From NCBI GenBank assembly GCA_044221555.1, contig JBGAOY010000012.1, positions 5,055 through 69,054 of the forward strand: a stretch of 64,000 bases of DNA. Reading direction: 5' to 3'. Both the position numbers and the translations under genes were made by a program. Below the pieces are notes generated by a model. It saw nothing but the letters and a program-made list of their open reading frames with translations. It ran no database searches and was not told where the DNA came from. Numbering within the stretch: position 1 is the first letter of the stretch; each line of letters starts with the position of its first letter. This stretch comes from Acidimicrobiales bacterium (GTDB lineage Bacteria > Actinomycetota > Acidimicrobiia > Acidimicrobiales > DATDAH01). Below, one piece after another: positions 42,746-51,363 of the stretch.

Positions 42746-43486
42746 GTGGCGACCGGTCACACTGGGCCCATGGACGTGGCCATCCTCGTGTACGACGGTG
42801 TGACGGCGGCGGAGGCGCTCGGCCCGTACGAGTTCTTCCGGCGGGTGCCGGACGTCGAGGTGCACTTCGTGGCCGACCGTCCGGGGCCGTGCAACACCCA
42901 GGGCAAGCCCGGCGTGCTGGTGGCCGATCGGGCCCTCGCCGACTGGCCCCGTCCCGACACCCTGGTCGTTCCCGGCGGGCTCGGCGCGCGTCGGCTGGTG
43001 CACGACGACCGCCTGGTGTCCTGGATCGCCGAGGCCCACCGCACCACGCAGTGGACCACCGCGGTGTCGACGGGGTCGATGCTGCTGGGCGCGGCCGGCG
43101 TGCTCGACGGCTGCGAGGCGACGGGCCACTGGCTGGTCCTCGACGAGTTGCCGGCGGTCGGTGCCGTGCCCCAACGCGAGCGGCTGGTGCGTCACGGTCG
43201 GGTGGTCACCGCTTCGGGCGCCACGAGCAGCTACGACCTGGCCCACCTCGTGGTCGAGCGCACGTTCGGCACCGAGGTGGCCGCCACGGTACGGGCCCAA
43301 CTGCGGGCCGACCCGGAGGATGCACGCGGGACCCCGGGGCTACGACGCTTCCGGCCCTGGGCCGGCCGCCCGCCGAGCGCGGGACCGTACGTCACGGCCG
43401 ACCGTCCCGCCGCCGGCGCCGGCCGCCGCTGGTCGCGCCGTCGCGCCGCGCCGGGCGGTCGCACCCTGGCCACCGCCCTCGGCTGA
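42746..43486 (+). CDS. DJ-1/PfpI family protein (nucleophile Cys replaced by Ser)
   Basis: VAILVYDGVTAAEALGPYEFF, LVVPGG, and AVSTGSMLL where the family usually has a C at the elbow. ATG 42770 is an alternative start. Confidence 0.7.
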   Translation: MATGHTGPMDVAILVYDGVTAAEALGPYEFFRRVPDVEVHFVADRPGPCNTQGKPGVLVADRALADWPRPDTLVVPGGLGARRLVHDDRLVSWIAEAHRTTQWTTAVSTGSMLLGAAGVLDGCEATGHWLVLDELPAVGAVPQRERLVRHGRVVTASGATSSYDLAHLVVERTFGTEVAATVRAQLRADPEDARGTPGLRRFRPWAGRPPSAGPYVTADRPAAGAGRRWSRRRAAPGGRTLATALG

Positions 43487-43663
43487 CCGTCCGTCGATCC
43501 GTGGGCCGGCGTGAGGGCGCGCTGCACATCCGGCGCGACGGCTTCCGCCTCGCGGCCGGTGGGCGATCCGCAGCGGTGCCGGGCCTGCCGGCAGTGACCT
43601 CACCGACCGGCGGAGGTGGCGCTCGTCGACCGCCGACGCCCGACTCGCCGCCGTCCGTGCCGG

Positions 43664-45028
43664 TCAGATGCGCTCGAAGCCCCGCTGCAGCTCCCAGTCG
43701 GTGACCACCCGGTTCGACGTGGCCCACTCCTGCTTGGCCGTGTTGAGCAGGTGGTGGTGGACGTCGTCGCCGAAGGCCTCCCGGGCCACCTCGCTGTGCT
43801 CGAACAGCTCGATGGCCTCGACCAGCGTGGAGGGCACCCGCTCGACGTCGTCGGCCTCGTAGGCGTTGGACTCGTACGGACCACCGGGGTCGGCGCCGGT
43901 CTCGATGCCGTGCAGGCCGGCGGCGATGGTGGCGGCGAAGGCCAGGTAGGGGTTGCAGTCGGCGCCCGGCACCCGCGACTCCACCCGGAAGCCCTTGCCG
44001 TGCCCCACGGTGCGCAGCCCGCAGGTGCGGTTGTCCCGGCCCCAGACCAGTGCCGTCGGGGCCCACGAGTCGGGCATGTAGCGCTTGTACGAGTTGACGT
44101 AGGGCGCGTAGCACCACGCCAGCTCCCGACCCGTGGTGATCAGCCCGCCGACGTAGCTGCGGTAGACGTCGCTCATGTGGTCGGGGGCGTCGGCGTTCCA
44201 CGTGAGCGACTCGGTGCCCTCCGCGTTCCACAGGCTCGAGTGCACGTGGCACGACGACCCCACGTCGTCCATCGAGTACTTGGCCATGAAGGTGAGCGAG
44301 CGGCCGTTGAGGGCGGCGATCTCCTTGGCCCCGTTCTTGTACACCGTGTGGATGTCGGCCATGGGCAGGGCGTCGTCGTAGGTGATGTTGATCTCGTGCT
44401 GGCCGTAGCCGGCCTCGCCCTTCGAGAACTCCACCGGGATCTCGGCACCGAGCATCCCGTTGCGGATCTGGCGGATCAGGTACTCGTCCTTCGTGGTCTG
44501 CAGGATGTGGTAGTCCTCGATGAACTTCGAGTGCGGCACCAGGTCGCGGTAGCCCTTCTCGTGGGCCTCCTCGTAGGTGTCGCGGAACAAGAAGAACTCG
44601 AGCTCGGCGCCCATCTTCACCGAGTAGCCCTTGGCCGCGGCCCGCTCGACCTGGCGCTTCAGGATCTGCCGCGGCGACACCTCGACGGGCTCGCCGGTGT
44701 CCTCGTCCTGCAGGTCGCAGATCACCAGCGCGGTCTTCTCCAGCCAGGGGATCAACCGCAGGGTGGACAGGTCGGCGATGCACGCGGCGTCGCCGTAGCC
44801 CTGGTCCCAATTCGCGTAGCGGTACCCGGGCAGCGGCGTCATGTCGACGTCGACCGCCAGCAGGTAGTTGCACACGTGCACCGCCCCCTCCCCGTCGAGC
44901 ACCTGGTCGAGGAAGTACTGACCGGTGACCCGCTTGCCCATGAACCGGCCCTGGAGGTCGGGGAACACGGTGAGCACCGTGTCGACCTCGCCCCCCGCGA
45001 TCATGGCTTCGAGCTCGTTGAGTTCCAT
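43664..45028 (-). CDS. glutamine synthetase family protein (GlnA3 / gamma-glutamyl-polyamine synthetase-like)
   Basis: 454 aa. GAELEFFLF, SSCHVHSSLW and NPYLAFAATIAAGL are typical type-I GS segments. Confidence 0.85.
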   Translation of the reverse strand: MELNELEAMIAGGEVDTVLTVFPDLQGRFMGKRVTGQYFLDQVLDGEGAVHVCNYLLAVDVDMTPLPGYRYANWDQGYGDAACIADLSTLRLIPWLEKTALVICDLQDEDTGEPVEVSPRQILKRQVERAAAKGYSVKMGAELEFFLFRDTYEEAHEKGYRDLVPHSKFIEDYHILQTTKDEYLIRQIRNGMLGAEIPVEFSKGEAGYGQHEINITYDDALPMADIHTVYKNGAKEIAALNGRSLTFMAKYSMDDVGSSCHVHSSLWNAEGTESLTWNADAPDHMSDVYRSYVGGLITTGRELAWCYAPYVNSYKRYMPDSWAPTALVWGRDNRTCGLRTVGHGKGFRVESRVPGADCNPYLAFAATIAAGLHGIETGADPGGPYESNAYEADDVERVPSTLVEAIELFEHSEVAREAFGDDVHHHLLNTAKQEWATSNRVVTDWELQRGFERI

Positions 45029-45113
45029 CTGGTGATCCTCCCCTGGACCCTGTTCTCGGTGGCGGTACTCGCGGTGCGGCGGTGCTCGTGGTGGCGCAGC
45101 TCGAGGTGTGGCG

Positions 45114-45905
45114 CTACTCCGGTGTGACGTAGGCCGCGCTGATGCCGCCGTCCACGACGAGCTGCTGGCCGGTCATGAGCGACGACTCGTCCGACGCCAG
45201 GAACAGCGCGGCGTTGGCGATCTCGGCGGCCTGGCCGAAGCGGCCGATGGGCACGTGCACCAGGCGGCGGGCCCGCTTGGCGTCGTCGGACAGCAGCTCG
45301 GCCATGAGGTCGGTCATGATCGGCCCCGGGCAGAGGGCGTTGATGCGCACCCCGTCCTTGGCGTGCTCGATGGCCATCTCACGGCTCATGGCCAGCACGC
45401 CGCCCTTGCTGGCGGTGTAGGCGATCTGGGCGGTGGCCGAGCCCATGATGGCCACCAGCGACGAGACGTTGACGATCGACCCGCCACCCGAGGCGATGAT
45501 CGCCGGGATCCCGTACTTGCAGCACAGCCAGACGCCCTTGAGGTTGACCTCCATCACGACGTCCCACGTGGACTCGGGGGTGTCGAGGGTGGCGCCGTCG
45601 TCGGGCGGCATGATGCCGGCGTTGTTGTAGAGCACGTGCAGGCCGCCGAAGGTGTCGACCGCGTACTGGATCATGGCCTGCACCTGGTCGGCCTTCGACA
45701 CGTCGACCTGCACGAACCCGGCGCTGCCGCCCGCGGCCTCGATGGCGGCGACGGTCTCGGTGCCGCTGGCCTCGGAGAACTCGGCCACCACCACGGTGGC
45801 CCCCTCCGACGCGAAGAGCTCGGCGGCGACCCGCCCGAGGCCCTGCCCCGCACCCGTGATCAGTGCGACCTTGCCGTCCAACCTGCCGCCGTCCAACCTG
45901 CCCAT
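45114..45905 (-). CDS. SDR family oxidoreductase
   Basis: Track ORF trimmed to ATG 45905, with a GGAGAAGGTGGGA SD upstream. TGAGQGLG, NNAG and YTASK motifs. Confidence 0.9.
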   Translation of the reverse strand: MGRLDGGRLDGKVALITGAGQGLGRVAAELFASEGATVVVAEFSEASGTETVAAIEAAGGSAGFVQVDVSKADQVQAMIQYAVDTFGGLHVLYNNAGIMPPDDGATLDTPESTWDVVMEVNLKGVWLCCKYGIPAIIASGGGSIVNVSSLVAIMGSATAQIAYTASKGGVLAMSREMAIEHAKDGVRINALCPGPIMTDLMAELLSDDAKRARRLVHVPIGRFGQAAEIANAALFLASDESSLMTGQQLVVDGGISAAYVTPE

Positions 45906-46050
45906 GTGTCGTGTCCCACCTTCTCCTCGGCTGCCCGGATCTCGGGGCAACAGCGTGCGGATTCCGCACCCTATTGCCTCGAGAACACCCGCAGCGTCTC
46001 GACGCGGGCGGCGAGGCCCACCGGTGGCGCACCGAGGTGTGGCCGGTGGG

Positions 46051-47100
46051 TCACGCCGGGTCGACGGTGACCTCCGAGGCCTTGATCGAGGCCCACACGG
46101 CATCGCCGGCGGCGAGGCCCAGTTCGGCGATGGCGCCGACGGTGACCTCCGCCACCAGGGGGAGGTTGCCGTCGACCTGCACCCGGGCCACGTCGCCTCG
46201 GCGCTCGATGCCGGCGATCACGCCCTCCACCACGTTGCGGGGCGATCCGTGCGGCCGGTCGCGATGGAGCGCGACGGCCGCCGGTGCCACCACCGCCACA
46301 CACGCGCCCTCGGGCGGCGGCGGCGCGGTGACCAGGTGGCCGCCGGTGTCGAGGACGAAGCGCCCCCCGATGCCCCGGCCCCGCCACAGGTTGAGGCCCA
46401 CCACGGTCGCCGCGTAGGCCGACCGGGGCGTGCGCCGGATCTCGTCGGGAGGCCCGTCCTGGACCACCCGGCCGTCCTCGAGCACGACGAGGCGGTCGGC
46501 GAGGACCAGGGCCTCGACCGGGTCGTGGGTGACGAGCAGGCGGGTGCCGGTGAACGAGGCCAGGTGGCGGCGCAGGTCGGCCCGCACCGCCGGGCGGGTG
46601 TGCGCGTCGAGCGCCGACAGCGGCTCGTCGAGCAGCAGCAGCCGGGGCCTCGCGGCGAGGGCCCGGGCCAACGCGACGAGCTGGGCCTGGCCCCCCGACA
46701 GCGACGCGGGGGAGTCGCCGGACCGCCCACCCAGGCCGATGCGGTCGAGCCAGGCCCGGGCCTCGCGGCGGGCGGCGGCCTTGCGGGCGCCACCGCACCG
46801 CAGCCCGAAGGCCACGTTGTCGAGCAGGGACAGGTGGGGGAACAGGCGGCCGTCCTGGAACACCACGCCCACCGGGCGGTCTTCGGGGGCGTGATCGATG
46901 CCGGCAGCGGTGTCGAGCAGGGTCTCGTCATCGACGCGGAGGTGGCCCTCCGCCGGCACCAGCCCCGCCAGCGCCCCCAGCAGCGTGCTCTTGCCGGCGC
47001 CGTTGGGGCCCAGCACCACCACGAGCTCGTCGTAGCCCGCGGCCAGGTCGACGTCGAGGGTGAACCCCGGACGCTCCACCCGCACCCGCGCCTCGAGCAT
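46051..47100 (-). CDS. modC: molybdate ABC transporter ATP-binding protein with C-terminal TOBE domain
   Basis: GPNGAGKST, LSGGQAQ and LLLLDEP. The TOBE-like C-terminus is ARVQVDGNLPLVAEVT. ATG 47100 (MLEARVRVERPGF) is preferred over track GTG 47124, which lies inside a hairpin. Confidence 0.85.
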   Translation of the reverse strand: MLEARVRVERPGFTLDVDLAAGYDELVVVLGPNGAGKSTLLGALAGLVPAEGHLRVDDETLLDTAAGIDHAPEDRPVGVVFQDGRLFPHLSLLDNVAFGLRCGGARKAAARREARAWLDRIGLGGRSGDSPASLSGGQAQLVALARALAARPRLLLLDEPLSALDAHTRPAVRADLRRHLASFTGTRLLVTHDPVEALVLADRLVVLEDGRVVQDGPPDEIRRTPRSAYAATVVGLNLWRGRGIGGRFVLDTGGHLVTAPPPPEGACVAVVAPAAVALHRDRPHGSPRNVVEGVIAGIERRGDVARVQVDGNLPLVAEVTVGAIAELGLAAGDAVWASIKASEVTVDPA

Positions 47101-47116
47101 CAGCCACCACCCACGT

Positions 47117-47162
47117 TCTGGCACCGGATTTCGGTGCCATGACCCCGAAATCCGGTGCCAGA
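47117..47162 (-). other. 18-bp perfect inverted repeat (hairpin) in the modB-modC spacer
   Basis: TCTGGCACCGGATTTCGG (47117..47134), 10-nt loop, CCGAAATCCGGTGCCAGA (47145..47162). On the mRNA it sits just 5' of the modC SD (GGTGGTGG) and ATG. Confidence 0.8.
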
Positions 47163-47188
47163 ATGCCGGGGCGTGAGGGTTGCTGGTG

Positions 47189-48010
47189 TCATCGGGGGGC
47201 GTCGCCGGTGGCCAGCCAGCGGTCGCGCAGGCCGATCAGGACGGCCAGGGAGATGGCCACCATCAGAAGGCTGATGGCGATGGCCGCGCCGCGGTCGCTC
47301 TCGCGGGCGACGAACACGGCGAGGGGCATGGTCTGGGTGCGGCCCTGCAGGTTGCCGGCGAAGGTGATGGTGGCCCCGAACTCGCCCAACGCCCGGGCCC
47401 AGCACAGCACCGCGCCGGCGAGCAGCGCGGGCCGGATGAGCGGCAGGGTGACCCTCCGGAACACGGTGAGGGGACGGGCGCCGAGGGTGGACGCGGCGTC
47501 CTCGTAGCGGTGGTCGGCACTACGCAGCGCGGCCTCGACCGTGACCACCAGGAAGGGCATGGCCACGAACGTCTCGGCCACGATCACGCCGGCAGTGCTG
47601 AAGGGCAGCACGATGCCGAACCACTGGTCGAGGTACTGGCCCACCAGTCCGCGCCGGCCCAGGGCCAGCAGCAGGGCGGCACCGCCGATCACCGGCGGCA
47701 GCACCATGGGCAGCGTGACCAGGGCGCGCGCCACCCGTTTGGCCGGGAACTCGACGCGGGCCAGCACCCACGCCAGCGGCACCCCCAGGACGAACGAGAT
47801 GGCGGTGGCGGCCAGCGAGGTGATCAGCGACAGGCGCAGCGCCTCGCGCACCGTGGCGGTGCCGAGCAGCTCCCAGAGGTCGCCCCACGGGGCCCGTTGC
47901 AGCAGCCCGACCAGGGGCAGCACCACGAGCAGCCCGCCCAGCGCGGCGGGGACGACCAGGGCGACCGGCGCCCGCCGGCGCCTGGCGCGCGGGGCGGTCA
48001 TCGCGGACAC
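47189..48010 (-). CDS. modB: molybdate ABC transporter permease
   Basis: Six TM segments. The binding-protein-dependent transport EAA-like region is EDAASTLGARPLTVFRRVTLP. Sits in mod operon context. Confidence 0.9.
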   Translation of the reverse strand: MSAMTAPRARRRRAPVALVVPAALGGLLVVLPLVGLLQRAPWGDLWELLGTATVREALRLSLITSLAATAISFVLGVPLAWVLARVEFPAKRVARALVTLPMVLPPVIGGAALLLALGRRGLVGQYLDQWFGIVLPFSTAGVIVAETFVAMPFLVVTVEAALRSADHRYEDAASTLGARPLTVFRRVTLPLIRPALLAGAVLCWARALGEFGATITFAGNLQGRTQTMPLAVFVARESDRGAAIAISLLMVAISLAVLIGLRDRWLATGDAPR

Positions 48011-48041
48011 ACACGCGGCGCGGGTCGGGGGGCGCGCGTCG

Positions 48042-48884
48042 TCACGTGGGGGGCAGGAACCCGTGGTCGGCGAGGATCTGCCGGCCGGCGTCGGACAGCA
48101 CGAACGCCACGAACGCGTCGGCGCTGTCGGCGTTCTCGCTCTCGGCCACGGTGGCGATGGGGTAGACGGCGTCGACGTTCACGTCGGCCGGGATCTCGAT
48201 GCCGTCCACCTCGTCGTCGTTGGCGAGCACGTCGGTGACGTAGACGATGCCGGCGTCGAGGTCGCCCGAGGCCACTTTGGCCACCACATCGGTGACCTTG
48301 GCCTCCTCGGTGTCGATCGACGGTTCGACGCCGGCGTTGTCGAGGATCTCGCGGGCGTAGGCCCCGCAGGGGACGTCCTCGGCGCAGAGGCCGATGAACA
48401 GGTCGTCGTCCGCGAAGTCGTCGAGGCCCCGCACGTCGGCCGGGTTGCCGGCGGGCACCGCGATCTCGGCCTGGTTGCGGGCGAACACCTGGGGGTCGTC
48501 GGCGTTGTCGCCGGCATCGACCAGCGCCTGCATGTTCGCCTCGTCGGCCGAGGCGTACACGTCGGCCACCCCGAGCGCGTCGCCGCCGGTGATCGAGCTG
48601 ACCAGGTCGGAGCTGGCGCCGTAGTTGAACTCGACGGTGGCGTCGGGGTGCTCGGCGCTGAAGGCGTCGCCGATCTCGGTGAAGGCGTCGGTCAGCGACG
48701 AGGCCGCGAACACGGTGATGGCCCCGGACGCTGCGCCGCGGCCGGCCGTGGCGGCCGTCGAGTCACCCGCCCCGACCGTGGTGCCCGAGGCGTCGTCGGA
48801 GTCGGCACGGTCCGACCCGCAGCCGGCGACCAGCAGTGCGGCGGTGACGGCCACGGCGGGCAGGAGCAGGTGGCGCCGCATCAC
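48042..48884 (-). CDS. modA: molybdate-binding lipoprotein
   Basis: Lipobox LLVAGCGS. ITVFAASSLTDAF and the EFNYGASS-type segment are typical of ModA. Confidence 0.9.
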   Translation of the reverse strand: MMRRHLLLPAVAVTAALLVAGCGSDRADSDDASGTTVGAGDSTAATAGRGAASGAITVFAASSLTDAFTEIGDAFSAEHPDATVEFNYGASSDLVSSITGGDALGVADVYASADEANMQALVDAGDNADDPQVFARNQAEIAVPAGNPADVRGLDDFADDDLFIGLCAEDVPCGAYAREILDNAGVEPSIDTEEAKVTDVVAKVASGDLDAGIVYVTDVLANDDEVDGIEIPADVNVDAVYPIATVAESENADSADAFVAFVLSDAGRQILADHGFLPPT

Positions 48885-49282
48885 GCCATCGCCGGCAGCT
48901 CGACGACCACGTTCGTCGACTTCACCGACGCCACCGCCAGCACCCCGGGAGCGAGTCCGAGCTCGAGCGCGGCCTCGGACGTCATCAGCGACACCACGCG
49001 GTACGGGCCCACGGCCATCTCCACCTTGGCCACGATGTCGTCGGCCGTGACCTTGGTGACGATGCCCGTGAACCGGTTGCGGGCCGACTGGGCGCCGATG
49101 GCCGGGATCTCGGGCAGGTCGGCCGACGACTCCAGGAAGGCGGCCAGGTCGGCACCGTCGATGGCCCGCTGCCCACCCTCGGTGCGGGTCGTGGGCAGCC
49201 GCCCGTCGTCGCTCCAGCGGCGAACGGTGTCAGAGCTGACCCCAAGCAGTTCTGCAACTTGTCCCGGCCTGTAGGTAGGCAT
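48881..49282 (-). CDS. MerR/excisionase-type HTH fused to a TOBE (Mop) molybdate-binding domain; probable mod operon regulator
   Basis: YRPGQVAELLGVSSDTVRRWSDDGRL (HTH). SARNRFTGIVTKVTADDIVAKVEMAVGPYRVVSLMT (TOBE). GTGA overlap with modA. Confidence 0.8.
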   Translation of the reverse strand: MPTYRPGQVAELLGVSSDTVRRWSDDGRLPTTRTEGGQRAIDGADLAAFLESSADLPEIPAIGAQSARNRFTGIVTKVTADDIVAKVEMAVGPYRVVSLMTSEAALELGLAPGVLAVASVKSTNVVVELPAMA

Positions 49283-49659
49283 GTGCGAATCCTAATGGCA
49301 CAAAAGGGTCGCATGTGCGGCCAAGCAGGCCGCGATCCAGGAGGCGGGCGTTCGTGGAGGCGAGCGTGGCGAGGGTCGAGGCGTGGCGCACGCCGCGCCG
49401 GGGCCGGAGCCCCGTGCCCCACCTGCTGGTCGTCGGAGCCGGTGCTGCCGACCGCGCTGGCCAGCCAGGTCGAGCTGCTCGGGTGGTCGACCGGCACGGT
49501 GGGCCCGGAGCCGACCCTCGAGGCCATCACCAGCCTCCCCATCGCGGACGTCGTCGTGGTACTCGACGACGACGACTCGCCGCCACCGCGTTCGCCCTGG
49601 GGGCGGTTCCGAGGCGGACGCAAGGGGCGACGCGGCCGGGTCTGGGCCAGCATGGGTCG

Positions 49660-49824
49660 ATGCTGGTGTTCGCGTTGCTGGTCGTGCCGGCGGCCCTGCT
49701 CGGGATGTCGATGAGCCCGGCGGCCACGCCGACACAGCGGCGCTGTTACCGGCTCGTGGCCGCGGTCACCGGCCTGCTGTGGCTGGTGGCGCTGGCCTGG
49801 GTGTTCGTCGCGACCCTGTCCTGA
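49660..49824 (+). CDS. 54-aa two-TM mini-protein, possibly the C-terminus of a frameshifted larger gene
   Basis: MLVFALLVVPAALLGMSMSPAATPTQRRCYRLVAAVTGLLWLVALAWVFVATLS, with a very high GC3 frame. It is the tail of track ORF 49315..49824. Confidence 0.45.
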   Translation: MLVFALLVVPAALLGMSMSPAATPTQRRCYRLVAAVTGLLWLVALAWVFVATLS

Positions 49825-49961
49825 AGCCTGTGCCTCGTGCAGACGGGCCGTCTGTGCCCCATGCCGTTCGGGGTTACGTCGGTCGCGCGCGTGGGCAGCT
49901 GGCAAGACATGGAAGCCTAGAAGAAATACTGAAAAGGGTCGAACGCTGGTTCTGGAGCGGG

Positions 49962-49967
49962 TAGACT
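49962..49967 (+). promoter_or_regulatory. candidate -10 box (TAGACT) positioned for a leaderless HNH/DUF222 transcript
   Basis: TAGACT, then 7 nt, then ATG 49975. No SD is present. Local low-GC patch. Confidence 0.4.
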
Positions 49968-49974
49968 CGAACGC

Positions 49975-51363
49975 ATGTTCCGGATCCTCCGAGCGATCAA
50001 AGCCCATCTGGCCGCCCTCGCCAAGGACTTCGATCCGGACACCCTGACCGTCGCCCAGGCCGCCGACGCCATCACCCTGCTGGCCGCCATCGAGAAGGCC
50101 GCCGCCGGGCTGCGCCTGGTGCTGTCCCGGCGGGTCGACAACAAATCGTTGTTCGGTCAGACCGGGGAACGATCCGCGGCGGAATGGCTCGCCCGCCAGA
50201 CCGGCCAGTCCACCAGCGACGCCCAACGCGACCTTGAATGCTCGAAGCGCCTGCGGGAGCTGCCCGACGCCGCCGACGCGGTCCGCAACGGCGAGTTCTC
50301 GTCCGATCAGGCCAAATCGCTCGCCGACGGCGCCGCCGCCGATCCGTCGGCGGAGCGGGAGCTGTTGGACACCGCCCGGCGGGGGTCGCTCGGTGAGCTG
50401 AACCGTAAGGCCAAGGCCCGGAAGGCCGCGGCGTTGGGCGACGACGAGGCCCGTGCCCGGGCCGCGCAGAAGAACCGGTCGTTCGTGGGCGGCACCAACG
50501 AGCTGGGCGCAGGGTGGGGCCGGTTCAACGGACCCGCGCACCTCACCGCCCAGCTCAACGCCCAGATCAAGCCGTTCATCGAGCTCGCCTTCGCGAAGGC
50601 CCGCCGGGAGGGTCGACGCGAACGCGCCGACGCCCTCGCGTTCGACGCCTTCATGGCCTACGCCGGCCTCCTCGACCTCGACCTCGACCCGCCCGCTGCG
50701 GCCGGCACCGATCTCACCCCCACCGGCGGTAACGACGATCCGGACACCACTGCCGGCACGCCCTGCTCGGCGCCTGCCGGTCCCACACCCCCGACGCCGC
50801 CCTCGGCGACGCCCACCCCGGCGCCGAGGGCGCCGATCCGGGCGGACGCCCGCATCATCATGCGTGTCGATCTCCCCGCCCTCAAACGAGGCCACACCGT
50901 CGGTGGCGAACTCTGCGACATCCACGGCTACGGCCCCGTCCCCCTTGCCGACCTCAAAGCCCTCCTGCCCGACGCCGCCATAGACATCGTCCTCACCAAC
51001 GGCCGCGACGTGTTCAACGTCACCCACCTCGGCCGCCACACCACCGCCCGCCAACAAGTCGTCCTCGACCTCCTCAACATCGGCTGCACCCGCCAGGGCT
51101 GCCCCGCCACCCAACACCTCCAGATCGACCACCGCATCGACTGGCACAAGATCCGCATCACCGAACTCGCCAACCTCGACTGGCTCTGCCCCCACGACCA
51201 CAGACTCAAAACCCACCACGGCTGGCAACTCGAACCCGGCACCGGCAAACGCCCCCTGCGCCCACCCGGCCAACAACCCTGGCTCGACGCCGACCCGCCG
51301 GCGCCCGCCGCCGGTGACGGCGAATCCGGCGCGGACAACGGTCCACCCCGACACGCCGCCTGA
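49975..51363 (+). CDS. DUF222-domain HNH endonuclease (REP13E12-like family)
   Basis: The N-terminal helical DUF222-like region is ERSAAEWLARQTGQSTSDAQRDLECSKRLRELPDAADAVRNGEFSSDQAKSLA. The C-terminal HNH is HLQIDHRIDWHKIRITELANLDWLCPHDHRLKTH. Confidence 0.85.
   Translation: MFRILRAIKAHLAALAKDFDPDTLTVAQAADAITLLAAIEKAAAGLRLVLSRRVDNKSLFGQTGERSAAEWLARQTGQSTSDAQRDLECSKRLRELPDAADAVRNGEFSSDQAKSLADGAAADPSAERELLDTARRGSLGELNRKAKARKAAALGDDEARARAAQKNRSFVGGTNELGAGWGRFNGPAHLTAQLNAQIKPFIELAFAKARREGRRERADALAFDAFMAYAGLLDLDLDPPAAAGTDLTPTGGNDDPDTTAGTPCSAPAGPTPPTPPSATPTPAPRAPIRADARIIMRVDLPALKRGHTVGGELCDIHGYGPVPLADLKALLPDAAIDIVLTNGRDVFNVTHLGRHTTARQQVVLDLLNIGCTRQGCPATQHLQIDHRIDWHKIRITELANLDWLCPHDHRLKTHHGWQLEPGTGKRPLRPPGQQPWLDADPPAPAAGDGESGADNGPPRHAA

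Noticed and set aside
45873-45902. Perfect 15-bp tandem duplication (GCCGTCCAACCTGCC x2) at the 5' end of the SDR gene, encoding GRLDG-GRLDG.
   Set aside because: It is in frame, lies upstream of the Rossmann TGxxxGxG motif, and is most simply a benign slippage duplication. I noted it but do not consider it functionally informative.
47101-47188. Whether the structured modB-modC spacer is a molybdenum-cofactor (Moco) riboswitch.
   Set aside because: It lies inside the operon rather than in the 5' leader and is far shorter than Moco RNA motifs. I see only a simple hairpin, so I kept it as an unexplained hairpin.
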